From the human T2T-CHM13v2.0 reference genome, Homo sapiens: a stretch of DNA of 64,000 nt. Both the position numbers and the translations under genes were made by a program. The stretch lies in NCBI RefSeq assembly GCF_009914755.1, contig NC_060942.1. The stretch is one strand, 5' to 3'. Below, in pieces: positions 1 through 14,916 of this stretch (its first letter is position 1; each line of letters starts with the position of its first letter). The notes under the pieces were generated by a model. The model saw only the letters and a program-made list of their open reading frames with translations. It had not been told where the DNA came from and made no database searches.

Positions 1-324
1 ATAAAACAGTCCAAAATAGCAATGTAGCTGAATTGACAGTGAATGCCTTGAAAAATGTGCCATAAATTTCCACTCAAAGAACATATATCATCAAGTGCAG
101 TGTGTGCTTTTGTGAAATATTAAAAGTAAAAAGCAGTCTTTTTAAAATGCTCTTACATTCCTGCATTTCCAGGAATACACACAGGCAGTAGTACCCAGAA
201 AACACGCTGAACCTAAGACAATGAAATTGGATTGTAAAAGCTCCACTTCTAACAACAATAATAGCAAATTGAGCAATAACCAAAAGAAAAAGAAGTGGTG
301 GAATTTCAGATATCCTGACACTTG

Positions 325-975
<651 letters not shown>

Positions 976-1264
976 TAGATATTTTTATTGTGTATGAAAT
1001 AGGGTAGAGATAATGTATCTAGAAAACGTTTTCTTCTATCTTTTGTCTCATAATTCCTTGAATATATTAAGCATTACTTTTGAATTCAATGTCTGCTTTA
1101 TCCATTACCTAGATTCCACAGATAGTACATTGTGATCTGAATGTCTCACATTTCCAGTATCTATAAAAGAAAGTCCACAAATATACTTTAAACCATATGC
1201 TTCTGTTTGTTTATTCTTCTCTGAAAACAAATACATTTTATAATTGCATAGTCTACTCTTTTGA

Positions 1265-1580
<316 letters not shown>

Positions 1581-2085
1581 GATTGTTTCATCTTTAAAAT
1601 TTGATTATGTGTTTTAAAATAAGAAAGAACATTTTTATTCATAGAAAGTATGTATAAGGATATTAGATTTGCTATCACTAGTACTAAATAATGGTCAAAT
1701 ATACAGCTTATTTCTCCTTTAGATTATTGATAATGTAATCATATTGTTTACGTGCAGAAGGGAATAACAATATTTAACTGTTTAGTTGACATATTTATTA
1801 AACATGCCCTTAATTCTGGTATCTAAAATATTTTAAATAATTAAATATGGCCTTTTTCTGTTGAATAAATGTGAATTTGTAACTATAAATGATGTATAAA
1901 GTATGAAGTTAAATTTCTTTTGTATGTTAAAAATATTTGGTGAGGTAATTCATCATATCTCACATAGATAATAGCAGTAAATATCTGAGTATTTAAAAAT
2001 AAATATTTAAAAGTGTAGTGGACTTTTCGTGGACTCTGAGAAGGTTGGTGATGAGTCTGAAGGAATTCTAGGATAAACACCGTAT

Positions 2086-2562
2086 TGAGGCAGGGCAGGC
2101 AAGCCCCAGAACTGGGGTTTAGTCTGAGAGGTTCTTGGCATCGCCCAAGAAAAAATTTCAGAGCGGCCGGTGGTGGTAGACAGCACCTTTGATTGAAGCG
2201 GCCGTGCACAGCAGCAGAGGGACTGCTCCTAGCAGAGCAAGGTGATCCCGTAAGCAGTGTGCCCACAGCAGCAACCCAGAGCAGTTCTGCACTCATACCC
2301 ACCTTTAATGATTTGCAAATTAAAGGACAGGTTATGCAGAAATTTCTAGAAGTAGGGTGGTAATTTCTGGATCATCGGGTTGTTGCCATAGAAAGGGGCG
2401 GCGACTGCTGGGTGTTGCCATGGCAATGGTAAACTGACATGACAGTGGAGGGCACGCCTTACAGAGAGGTGCTTTCGGCTCCCTGTTTCTGTTTCAGCTA
2501 GTCCTCAATCTGGTCTGGTGTTCAAGCCCTGCCTGCAGAGTCAAATCCAGCCTCCGACTTCA
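2086..2562 (-). mobile_element. ERV1 solo LTR (MER41/MER66 group)
   Basis: TG...CA termini; reverse complement aligns along its length with the LTR at 48794-49267 (ctagaaatttctgcataa, gccatggcaacacc, ggggcttgcc). Confidence 0.8.
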
Positions 2563-3759
2563 TCATGACAAACACCCTAAGTAACTAAAGAGGTGAAAAT
2601 AGGGAAAGGCTTGGTCTTCCAGTATAAAACTGCTTCTTAATTGTGCTTTTTTGTTGTTGCTGCTTCAGGTTAAACGTAAAGACTAATGAAAAACGTTAAA
2701 GGAAGATATGTTTTGGCTCTGAGTAGGAAAGTTTACCACCACTCGCAGCACTACTCGCCTTCTGTGGTCATAAACAATAGAGCAAAGACTAAGTGATGCT
2801 TGGCCAGGAGCACTGTGGAGAGGACACTTGCTTGGGAAGTAACGTTAGGTGACGCCTGGTATCTCTTCTAGTAGTCAGATTCTGAACAACCAAGCATGAT
2901 TGGACTTCTTCTGAGTTTCTCTCTTCTCTTAGGTGAGGTTATGTGGCCAACAAGCAAAATCGAGTAGCTTGTGAATAGTTATAACAGGAAAAAGTAAACT
3001 TGGGTGAAGACGTGCCGCTCTTGTAGGTGGCCTTGTCCTCTGTTGTTTTTGACAAAGACAGGCTGAGGTAAAATTAGCTAGCAGCAGTCAGGATTTGAGA
3101 AAATTTCGGCAGCATCTGAAGGAAGACTCAAGTAGAGCCCTTAGTGCAGCCAATAACTTGATCAATGTCTAAACTGAAGATGACTCTTTAATTCATGAAG
3201 CTCCTGGTCTGTTTGATAAAACCTGCCCAGAAACAGACTCTTATATTCTAGGAAAAATAAGGACATTCTTAAACAGTTTTGTATTGTCAATATTTAGGGT
3301 GGTTTTGATCTCCATGGAAGACACAGAGTCCAAGCTATGAAATGGCAAACATTTAGAATATAATTCTTTTATTTAGAATATACAACTTTCTTCAAAAGTA
3401 TTGTTTCTTTAAAACATGTTATTTTAGACTGTGTAATTTACAGAGAGTTTAGGTTACAGGAGACAAAGCATTTTAGTATTAAATATGATGTTTACAAATG
3501 AATTAGACCTTGTCTTTAGCATGCCTCATTGAGTTCATGACTTCTTGTATATAATAAAGATGCATATGCTTTAAAAGAGCCAGTTTTCACTAGTGCTTGA
3601 TGATCTGGCCTTATGATCTCTTGAGTAATACGGCCATTTTTTTTTCATATGGCTCAAAAGTGAATTAGCAGAATTAAATATTTTAGTTACATCCTATTCC
3701 ATACAATACTAGATGTGACATTTATTTAAGTAAATGTTTTTAAAGATCAAATCCATATT

Positions 3760-4240
3760 TTCTTTTTTTTATTTTACTTTAAATTCTGGGATACATGTAC
3801 AGAACGTGCAGGTTCGTTACATAGGTATACATGTGCCATGGTGGTTTACTGCACCTATCAACCCATCATCTAGGTTTTAAGCCCCACATGCATTAGGTAT
3901 TTGTCCTAATGCTCTCCCTCCCCTTACCCCCCAACTCCCCCTACAGGCCCTGATGTGTGATATTCCCCTCCCTGTGTCCATGTGTTCTCATTGTTCAACT
4001 CCCACTTATGAGTAAGAGCATGTGGTGTTTGGTTTTCTGTTCTTGTGTTAGTTTGCTGAGAATGATGGCTTCCAGCTTCATCTATGTCCCTGCAAAGGAC
4101 ATGAACTCATTCTTTTTTTATAGCTGCATAGTATTCCATGGTGTATATGTGCCACATTTTCTTTATCCAGTCTATCACTGATGGGCATTCGGGTTGGTTC
4201 TAAGTCTTTGCTATTGTAAACAGTGCTTCAATAAATATAC
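3760..4240 (-). mobile_element. L1PA (about PA8-10) 3' UTR fragment, 5'-truncated
   Basis: T tract followed by canonical antisense L1 3' UTR (atacatgtgccatggtggttt, cattgttcaactcccacttatgag, tagctgcatagtattccatggtg). Confidence 0.92.
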
Positions 4241-4394
4241 CTATTAATATCCTTGTTCTGTAGGCCTATTTCAGATTATTCCTGTTCCACTCAATGGCAA
4301 GAAAAACTGTTGAGTGCTATCAATATACACAGTTTTGTTGATTGTTAACATAAAACAACAACATAATTTTGCTTTTGTAGGAGATACTGATCAT

Positions 4395-4858
4395 GACTGG
4401 TGCATATCACTATGGGTCTCACCGTTTTTGTGCATGATGCTTATGGCCCTATTGCCTTCAGCCTGAGGGTTTCTCTTTTCTTTTTTTGCACCTGAGCTTA
4501 TTACATTTCTCAACCCAACAGCCAGAAGCACCTGACATATTATAATATTCCAGGAGCAATTCTCAAACCATGACTAGAGGAAGTTGGTATATAAATACTT
4601 CAACACTTTCTCCCTGATGGGGATAATTCTGAGGCTGCTGTTTATTATACATAGTCTCCCTGATTTTCCAGAATGATTCATTTCTAGTTACCTACAGTGG
4701 CATATGGCTTGATAACTCAGGCTTAAAGATTTTTTCTTCTATTCCTTTTCTCATTTTCTTACTTCCCTACTGGTAATTTTTGACATCACCTCCCCGCAAC
4801 TCCTTTCACTTGAATCCTCATCTCAGGATGTTTCCTGAAGGAAATACAAACCAAGACT
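4395..4858 (+). mobile_element. ERVL LTR (LTR16-like)
   Basis: 3' end 'cttgaatcctcatctcaggatgtttcctgaaggaaatacaaaccaagac' resembles the LTR16 terminus; internal TATA box 'gtatataaata'. Confidence 0.6.
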
Positions 4859-4893
4859 CCCAGTAGGTAGAGTGAAAAGAAAAGAAAGTTCCA

Positions 4894-5712
4894 TGTTGGG
4901 AGGCAATTCTCTGTTATTTTCTCACATTTTAGTAGGTCTAATGAGTACACACATTAACTGACTTTGTTCCAAACTATTCAATTATACTTCTGCAGGAAAC
5001 ATCCATAGATAATATGTCTAGTGTCCTCTTCTGGAGTAGAGGGAAGTTTCTTTTACTGTCCAGTATGATAAAAATATTATCTTTCTCGGAGGCAAAATTT
5101 GGGTGTGCTCACTGCCCATTAGAAAATATTCAGGTTTCTAGCAGAGCACAGTGGCTCACCCCTGTAATCCCAGCACTTTGGGAGGCCGAGACAGGTGGAT
5201 CATTTGAGGTCAGGAGTCTGAGACCAGCCTGGCCAACATGGTGAAACTGCATCTCTACTAAAAATACAAAAATTAGCCAGGCATGGTGGCACATGCCTGT
5301 GGTTCCAACTACTCAGGAAGTTGAGGCACAAGAATTGCTTGAACCTGGGAGGTGGAGATTGCAGTGAGCCTCGATTATACTACTGCACTCCAGCCTGGGC
5401 AACAAAGCAAGATGCCATCTCAAAAAAAAGAAAGAAAGAAAGAAAACGTTCAGGATTCTAAACTCAGGGCTCCTCTTCTGTGATTCAGTTTACTTTGTGT
5501 GCCGGCATCACCTCTTTACATTTCCTGAAGAAATTGAGCCTTGGAATAGCAACCCAGATGCTGGTAATCTGGCTACTCCCACCACTGTGAGTACTAAAGT
5601 TCTTTGTCTCTGATGCAGGAGTCTTGTGTCTTTTGCCAGCATCTACAAAACTGTTAGCTAACTTGTGGGCTTGTACGTAGATGAATTTTTCAGACCCTCC
5701 ATAGTTTTGACG
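4894..5712 (+). mobile_element. ERVL LTR (LTR47/MER76-like), interrupted by AluS
   Basis: Starts tgttgggaggcaattctc, ends tcagaccctccatagttttgac; contains 'tttgtctctgatgcaggagtcttgtgtctttt'. Confidence 0.6.
5141..5440 (+). mobile_element. AluS SINE nested in an LTR
   Basis: Sense Alu dimer with A-rich/(AAAG)n tail; 20-bp TSD agaaaatattcaggtttcta (5121-5140) / agaaaacgttcaggattcta (5441-5460). Confidence 0.95.
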
Positions 5713-6681
5713 CAACCATACATGTGACAGAATCAAAATATATGACCGGCATTCTGTCAGGAAACAAAGAAAGTGCTTTGCAGCTCTGAGTAGAGAGAGG
5801 TAAATTCTGGTAGGCATGAAAGAAGTCAAGGTTACTAAGACTTCATGATAGGATATTTGAAGTAGACTTTGAAGAGTAGGTTAGAAAGGTGTAAGATTAG
5901 TATTAGTTATTAGAGACCACATGAGTAAATACAAATGGACAGGACATTTAGGCAACATGGTGGAAGCAAGAAATCAAGTCAGAAAAATCATTTCACTCTA
6001 GATTATTAACGTAGGGGTTCATATACTTTATTGAAAAGATTGAATTGCATAAATCATTTCTTGATCCCAGCAATTTGATGGGGGATAGCATGTCTCCCTT
6101 GAACTTCAAAAACATTTTATGCTTAATGTTCTTAAATATACTGTGTATTACCCAAGAGCTAGATAGTCTTTCTGTCATTAGAATTGTAATGCCATAAAAC
6201 TGGTCACTTATTTACCATGACATGGATATATTTGTGTGGCCATGCAATGATGTGAAGTTATCACCCAACATGAATTTAAAAATATTATTCTTAGTCTAAA
6301 AGACAAGTGAACTAAATTATAATTTCATTTGAAAGCATTATACATTAATTGCTCATCCAAATTTCATTATTTGTAATTAATTATTACTATATTAAGTATT
6401 TTATTTTTAATCCAAAGAATTTTAACCAATACTTTTATATTTTAAATCTCCTTTTGTGTACTCCTTTGACATTTAATTGCCTGTTAAAAAGAGTACAATA
6501 AAATCTTTTAGTAAGGCATTAATTCCTAAGAATCTAGTGGTATAAATTGTCTTTTGAGTAGTTTGTGAATAAAAGCTTATACAGTTCTACATGCTTATAT
6601 AAAATTATTTTTAAGAGGTGGTCTCAGGAAGACCATTTTGATATTTTATCACTTTATAAAGGAAAAGGAAAGGTGGTTCCC

Positions 6682-6760
6682 TGGCACATGTATATCTATG
6701 TAACAAACCTGCACGTTCTGCACATGCATCCCAGAACTTAAAGTAAAATTAAAAAAAAAA
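6682..6760 (+). mobile_element. Very short L1PA 3' end with poly-A
   Basis: tggcacatgtatatctatgtaacaaacctgcacgttctgcacatgcatcccagaacttaaagta followed by an A tract. Confidence 0.9.
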
Positions 6761-7003
6761 GATAAAACAATTAGGCTAAACAAATGCCAAAAAAGAAAAG
6801 AGAAGGTAGTTATCCAGCTGTTTATTTCCTAAGATTTTGCAGAAATTTGTTAACATTTATCATCAACTCTAAATAATTTATGTTTTAAAAGTCACTTATT
6901 TAGTTATCTAGTCTACAGAAAATATTACATATCACCCATATGCAGAGCAATGTAGCAGATAGTGAGTAGAAAAATAATGTTTATATAAAAACATTGTATA
7001 AAA

Positions 7004-7539
7004 CAGGGGTCGATAAACTATACTCCACCAGCCAAATCCAGCCTGCTACCTTTTCTTTTTTTTTTTGAGACAGAGTCTCACTCTGTTGCCCAGGCTAGAC
7101 TGCAGTGGCACAATCTTGGTCACTGTGACCTCTGCCTCCTAAGTTCAAGTGAGTCTCCTGCCTCGGCCTTCCGAGTAGCTGGGATTACAGGCGTACACCA
7201 CCACATCTGGCTAATTTTTCTATTTTCTTTTTTCGTAGAGATGGTGGAGATGGGGTTTCACCATATTGGCCAGGCTGGTCTTGAACCTCCAACCTCAAGT
7301 AATCTGCCTGCCTTGGACTCCCAAAGTGCTAGGATTACAGGCATGAGCCACCATGCCTGGCCCCTATTTTTGTAAATACAATTTTATTGGAACACAGCCA
7401 CCCTCATTCATTTACAAGTCGTCTATGCTACTTTACCATTGCAATGACAGAATAAAGTAGTTGCAACTGAGACTATAAGGCCCACAAGAACTAAATTATT
7501 TATTGTTTGACTCTTCACAGAAAAATTCACTAATCCTTG
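7004..7539 (+). mobile_element. MER58A-like hAT-Charlie MITE split by an Alu
   Basis: caggggtcgataaacta...gccaaatccagcc start; resumes after the Alu with ttttattggaacacagccac...gtagttgcaactgagac...aaattatttattgtttgactcttcacagaaaa. Confidence 0.85.
7051..7362 (-). mobile_element. AluS SINE
   Basis: Antisense Alu dimer inside MER58. Confidence 0.93.
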
Positions 7540-8880
7540 ATATAGACTGTTACTTTGGTAGCAAAAATATAAATGCCTAGTAGAGATCTTGTCCGTATGA
7601 TATTTAATAAGATTGTCAGACCAGAGAAAAGTACTTTCTTAATTTTGGGTATTAAAAAATTGTTTTAAAATAGCTGAAAAGATTACAGAGGGAATAAAAA
7701 AAAGCAGCAGGTAATGAAAATGTAAACTTTACAGTCCTGAGCAGGTGTTAAATTCATTTCTTATTAGTGCTTCACCCTCCCTGCTTCCTATTCAGTGGCA
7801 ATAATCCAACCAGGTGATTTTCGGTTGTGTTGTCTCTAACATCTGGTGAATTCCCAGTATGATCATAACAGAGCGATCAGCTATGCTTGGTCCACCATCC
7901 AGGAGCAGCAAGTAATAGCTTCTGATTTCACCGGAAAATTTGTAACTACATTGGATTGCTATAAAATTTAAAATGCATCCTTTCTTTATATTACTATTTT
8001 TACTTATAATTTACATTTCAATTACCTTCACCTAGTTCTTTCCTAGCATTAAAAAAGTCTGCAATTCATCCATGATTCCCACCAAGACATCAAAAATCCT
8101 ATGGGCTTATGTATCATTCCCTGCTGAATTTCAAGTTGAAGATACAAACCAAGCAATACAATGCTGTCAGTTGAGGATTGCATCTGAATCAGGTGCAGCT
8201 CTTACAGCAAATGATTCCAGATCTGGACTCCTGGTGAACCTGCACTGACTAGGCAGCCACAAACTCAGTAAAAGATTAGCAGAAACAGGAGATCTACCTG
8301 CTTCCAGAAATACTTTCCTCTGGTTCTCTTCCTGCAGTTCGTGCAAGACTCACATTGCTGAGTTCGTTCAATAAATCCCAAGTGAGCATGAACATGATCA
8401 CTGGCAGTGATAGCAAATTAAACCTAAATAAACCATGAACATTTTGGCTAAATCAGTTAATCAGATGAACTAGCAGAGACCGGAGGTGAAAGATAAATTT
8501 TAATGATAAAAAAGGTGATAAAACCTCTGGATTACAGTACTGTGGGAAGATTCAACCTGTGTTTGGTGTCACCTAAAGGAGCTATTAATAACAGAATGCC
8601 CTCTTAGGGCATCAAAGACTTGGACTGGAGTCTAGCGGCATCGGCAATGAAAAGAAAACAAGTATGTGAGAGAAAAAGAGCTTTATTTTGCTAGTTAATT
8701 CATAACCAATACTGAAGAGTGACTTCAGCATGGGTGCAGACACTGTATTAGGCTGGCAGCAACTGATGCATGAACAATGGGTCTCTGGGAATTGAAATGG
8801 CCATGTTATCTTATAATTCTCAGAAGTTTCAAACACCTGCATCTATGCATCTGTGAGTTGTTGGTTGCTTGTTGTGTTAG

Positions 8881-9219
<339 letters not shown>

Positions 9220-11294
9220 TATCTAATTTTAATGAAAAGATAACTTCGTCTTTTATATTCAGTATTATTTAAGAACCAGCCACTGGAAGGTGGCCACTCC
9301 CAATGATTTATGGTACCTACTGTCTAGTGTGAAAGACTTTGACACTTTTAGACTGTGTTAGACCATGGACCAATTTCCTCTATCTTTATCTGGGCATTGG
9401 GTCTAACAGCATCAACCCACCAAAGGTATGTGAAACAGATATTGTTGGCTGTGATGAACCATGTTATTAATTTCAAGTTCTAATGTTGATTGATGAACAT
9501 CTTCAGTTTGCAAAAGTTGAAAATACAATAGAGTCATTAGTTTAGTTACTTTTTAATAGAGAATCAACCATTTGCAATAGTCTAAGTACTCTCCACCAAT
9601 ATCACCACAAATATGCCTTGTTGCTTTCTGTATGAAATTTCTATTTATTATTTCCATTTAACATGTGAAAGTAAATTTCTGATATTTTTTGTTATTTGCT
9701 TATTTAAAAGAATTCAAACATAAATCTATTTTTCCCTTTAGACATTTTCTGTTTGAAATATAGAATTCCTTTAAATTCAAGTAATCTATTTGAAGATACT
9801 TGTTTCTACTACATTCCTATAACTTTGACTCCAACGCGACCTTGTAGGAAACAAAAAAGGAAAATCATTTCCTATATGCTGTCTTCTATTTATCATTTTA
9901 AGTTACGTAGGTCCTTCCTGGCTTCGAGAATGTAATGAAAAATTTTACAACTCTGAATAAATGTCACCCTCTGACTAGGACTGACAAGGGGAAAAATTGT
10001 GGAATATACTTCAGATTTATTTACTGTAGGGGTATGGACAGGCTTATTTAGCATCTTTATTTTTTAATGAAATGGGCTTATGAATATGTTGAGACTCAAT
10101 GATCATTTGTCTAATTCTTTGAATCTTCTATCCCATTGGTTCAGTGCAAGTAGGAGTAATGTTAGTGCTGTGAAAACATAAAAATTATTATTGCTAAATA
10201 AAATAACATTGTATAGTATCCAGAAAGTGTTACTACATAGATGTCAAGAAGTAACTTGCTTCATTGAACATATTTTAATTTATTAAGAAACAGCACATTA
10301 TATTTCTATAGATTTCAAACTATGTTGGGTCTTTCTTCCTACCTTCCTTATACTCTCTTCTTGCTCTGATACATCAGGAAAACTCTCTGTGTAAATAAAA
10401 ACAAGGGAATAGTGTTGGGTCACTTTCATTTACCTTTCTTAATTTTACATTCTGTGTGATAAAGCACATTTACCTTTGCTATTGGACTCTTGGTGTTACA
10501 TTTATGGATGATGTGATTAGTTCTCTTCATTTATGTTCTAGCAATGACCACGGGTTAATCTCACATCCCTGCGAGTAGGGCAGAGTCTCCCTGACTATAA
10601 TCCTGGAGTCAGGATTTGAAAAAGAGTGAGATCCTCACTCAGGGAAGCAGAATCCTGAAGGAGATGGGAGGAGTTCCTGCCACTCTCCAGTGAGAAGCAT
10701 CACTGTGGAGATGATGGCTACAGCAATGGTTCTAGCATTACAGAGTCAGGATAGAAACTTGAAGGATGAATAAGGTACTGGAATTTGGTCTGAAATCTTT
10801 GAATGCAAGCCATGTTTAGTTTTATGTTACTCTTGACCTTTATTTCCACAGTAAATTCTTGTTGAATTTGGCTTAATATTTCAGATTTGTTTCATCTAAG
10901 ATAATAGGTAGCATCAAGAAAAGGCTCCTGGGTCATAGTTTTTAAGTACGTGATGTTAGCAGCCATGAAAAGTGAACTCTCAGGGGGATGGTGAAATTCA
11001 AGAGAAGAGTCATGGCTTTGAGCCATATGCATGGCTTTGGAGAAATCTCATTTCTCCCATTGAGATTCATTTGTAACTGTTAATCTTAATAAATCTAGGT
11101 CTATTTTTATTGCAGAAGTGTTTTTTTTCCCTTCTTTTTTTCTTAAAACCCAACCCAGAATCTCAGATATTTGTAAAAGAGGTATATCCTATAGAACCAT
11201 AGAAACATGCCCTTGTTCAGTATAGGTTTAAGAAAAATTGTGTCAGGAATTGGGAATACAAAATCCAAATCATGTGGCTTTTACCCTAAGGAGA

Positions 11295-11900
11295 TGTGGT
11301 AGATTGACACGGCTGAAAATCGTTCACAACTTCTCCCATTGAGAGGTGGAGTCTGTTTTCCTACCTCTGGACTTAGGGCCAGCCTTGGGACTTCCTTTGA
11401 TCAATAGTAGGTAGCAAAAGCGACATAGGAGTTCTGGGCCTGGGCCTGGGCCTCAAGAGCCTTCAGCTTTTATCTCACTCTTTTATTTATTTATTTTTGA
11501 GATGGAGTCTCGCTTTGTCACCCAGGCTGGAATGCAGTGTCGCGATCTTGGCTCACTGCAACCTCCAGCTCCTGGGTTCAAATGATCCTCCTGCTTCAGC
11601 CTCCTGAGTATCTGGGACTGCAGGCCAGCCTGTGCCACCATGCCCGGCTAATTTTTGTATTTTCAGTGAAGATGGGGTTTTGCCATGTTGGCCAGGCTGG
11701 TCTCGAACTCCTGACCTCAGGTGATCCGCCTGCCTTGGCCTTTCAAAGTGCTGAGATTACAAGTGTGAGCCACCACACATGGCCTATCTCACTCTTTTAG
11801 ATACTGCTATTTTTGTGTCCACAACATAGATTAGAGTGCCTACCACAGAGTGGATCCTTGTTAGGTAGATAGAGAATGACTGCACAAAGAAGGAAGAAGA
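11295..11900 (+). mobile_element. MaLR LTR fragment (MLT1G/H-like), interrupted by Alu
   Basis: tgtggtagattg...ctcccattgagaggtggagtct...gggcctcaagagccttcagc; right boundary uncertain. Confidence 0.65.
11486..11784 (-). mobile_element. AluSx SINE
   Basis: Antisense Alu dimer; perfect 15-bp TSD tatctcactctttta at 11471-11485 and 11785-11799. Confidence 0.95.
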
Positions 11901-13109
11901 GGCCCTGCTATGACTTTGTGACAATAGAATTCCTAGATTCTTTTCTGTCTCAGCTCATTGTCTACTCTGATCTTAATTTTCACTCCAGCAATTTCTGTGA
12001 ATCCTTTAAAAAGTGTGTGCACTCCTCTGTGTATGTGTATGCACAAGTGCATACGTGTAACAGGTACTGCAATTTGGTTTGCTGAGAAAATAACTGGAAC
12101 ATTTTAATGAAACATAAGTATAGCAGTTTTATGTAGGGCAAAAGGCAATTTGGAAGCTTTCAATGATAACATTTCTAATAAAAGGCACTGTGATCATTTC
12201 TACAAGATGACGACACTTTCTGTATAGGCCTTTTACTTTGACCTAAGTGTTCATCACATCTGATAAAAGGCAATAAAAGAGCAGACTTTGAAATAATCCC
12301 AGCTAAGAGATGTTAAGAGATGAATAGTGGGCCATGTCCTGAATGTGAGGTTAATTGCTCAAATGCAAAACATCCTGGGGGAAAATGCTGCTCAGAGGTA
12401 TGATCTTTCAACCCTGGAGTATTAAAATCCCAGTTCTTGTCATCAGATATTCTAATTACACGTTCTGTGCGAGAACTTCTTTATTGTGAAGAATTTGAAA
12501 TCCTCTAATTAGCTAAGATTTAAAAAGCAAACAGAAAATTGAAATGCCAAAGGTCAATACAAATAAAAGCAAGACTGCACTAAGCCTGGAATAAAAAGGA
12601 AGCAGGAATCAGAGGGAAACAGAGTATGCAAAAAGAGCTAATTAGCAAAGTCCACTCTTTAAAATAACTAAGATAGCAGTTATAAATAATGATATAATGA
12701 ATAGAGCATCACAATTATGATGGGTTAAAAAAGGATAACTTTGTATATAAGCAAACAGTCTCAACGCACTCAAAAATCTTGCATTATAAATAAATTACAA
12801 AGCTGAATCACTGCATTTTACCCATAAACACAATCTTTGTATTAAAATAGTTTAATTTTTAAAAACATACTTACTGTTTATTTGTGAGTTTTGTAACATG
12901 GTATAGTAGATTATTTTTATGATGGAAAATCTTATACATTCTAAGTCATTATTACCCTTTATTAGTTTTTCAAACTGTCAGGCAGTGTTCCTATCCCATC
13001 CTTTCTCAGTTCAGTTCCTCCCTTCCTTCTCACCGTACACAGCTACTTAGTTTCTATCATAAACATGAATTCTCATCCTACATTAGAGTTTTTTAAGAAC
13101 AAAAACATA

Positions 13110-13880
13110 GAAAATGTTGAAATTTGTGTAATAGCTTCCTAACTAGCCTCCTTATACTCAAACCTGCTCTCCTGCAACCAGTGTTTTAATGAAAATCCTA
13201 TCAGATCACTACTTCACATAAAATCCTTTAGAAGTTCTGCATCTATCTTTGGCATAAATACTAATGATCTTATCATGCCATCTTTGGTTACCAGTCTGGT
13301 CTAGCCCCCATCACTCATGGCTGATGCTATTTCATTAGGTTTCTAAGTTGGCATCCAGGTTTCTCAATTGCTCTGCAGTGTAGATGGTCCACACAGTAGC
13401 CACTGTGAGTCTCTGATTAAAGCCTCCAGCGGTTTCTCATCTCTCTGTGATTCATGGCTTCACCTCCTACTACTCTATCCTTGTTCCAGCCCCAGCTTCC
13501 TCCCACTTCCCCTAAAATGCCCAGCTCTCAGGCCTAAGGTCTTTTGTACTGATCAATTCTCTGCCTTGAAACAGTTTTCCACAAGCATCCTCATGACTTA
13601 CTTAGTCCTTTACTTTGTTTGCCTTTCTGCTTAAATATCTCATTATGCACAAGGACTTTACTCTCCATCTTATATAAAATAACAGTATCTCTCATCTCAA
13701 TCTGGTACTCCCTGTATCCTTACCTGCTTTATTTTTCTGTCATGCATTTATTCCAACCAACCAAATAGTTTTTACACACATAGTGTTTGTATGTGTGTAC
13801 ATGATTCTATTTCTGCCCCTTCCATAAGAGCAGAAACATTTTCTTCCTGGTAAGTCGTAGGTGCTCAACAGATATTTTAG
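13110..13880 (+). mobile_element. L2 LINE 3' region remnant
   Basis: Pyrimidine-rich L2-like text (aatagcttcctaactagcctcc...) ending in taggtgctcaacagatattt. Confidence 0.6.
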
Positions 13881-14404
13881 TAGGACGAAGATACTACAAA
13901 GTATGGTTCCTCTTTTCCCTTCTGACTTACTTATACTTAACATTTATTTACACGTGCCTAAAACTAGTTTTTCTGAGTTTTCTGAGTACCATAAAAATTC
14001 GCAGCACTCTTGCATCTAGAACAAGCATGACATATATTGTAAGTCCCACATGTGCCAGGGCCATTGCAGCCACATCCTGCAGTCTGTCACCAATTCTTAT
14101 CATGAAACCTGGAATGTTTGAGGTCCTCAATATTTCTTGATGAACAGACTGCATTTTGCTGAAAATATTGTTGAATAATTTATGATACATTGTTATATAA
14201 AATGAGTTAACTCATGAGTTTTGGAGTAGGTTCCATATTCTCTCTAGTCTTCACATATTTCTGAGGTATACAAACTTGATTGTGGACTTTTCAATCACCT
14301 AGAACATATTTGCATAATAAAATGAATGGTAGAACATCTCTTTATCTTCATAGGACATAAAAAATACTATTGAATGACATATATCACAACAGTGTAGAAC
14401 ATGC

Positions 14405-14540
14405 ATGATTCATTCATTCAATAAATTTCAACTGAGTGCCTTTTATATGCCCGGCAATATTCTAGTCGCAGAAACAATAGTGAGTAAAACAGACACAATC
14501 CTTGTTCTTTTGAAGTTTATATTCTGGAATAGGGAGGTAA
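14405..14540 (-). mobile_element. L2 3' end
   Basis: (TTCA)n tail then 'actgagtgccttttatatgcccggcaatattcta...gtgagtaaaacagacacaatccttg'. Confidence 0.75.
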
Positions 14541-14916
14541 AAATAAAGAGCTAGCTATTGTTCATATGGGATAAGTCTATAAAGAAGAAGAAAGCAAGAC
14601 TGGGGGATAGACAGTGGGATCAGGAAGGATGTAGCAGAAGATGTTATTGTACATGCTGTAACAACAGTGGACTGTGTTCAAATTTTAAGGCATTGTTTTG
14701 GTCAGGTAAAAGGTAAGATTATGTAGAAAAGCTGGGGAGTACTCCCCTCCTTAAAGAGTCCAAAGGGTTGATTCATACATGAATCATTTTTACAGCAAAC
14801 ATCTGAAAATATATTTGCTGTATACTTTTAAGTGTTAATGGGTTATGCTAAATTTCCTACGTATCAGGGCCCAATAAGAAGTTCTGCGTTTTAGATCATG
14901 AAGAGCCAAACCCATC

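Noticed and set aside
10545-10880. Possible ancient LTR fragment
   Set aside because: Too degenerate to assign or bound without a profile search.
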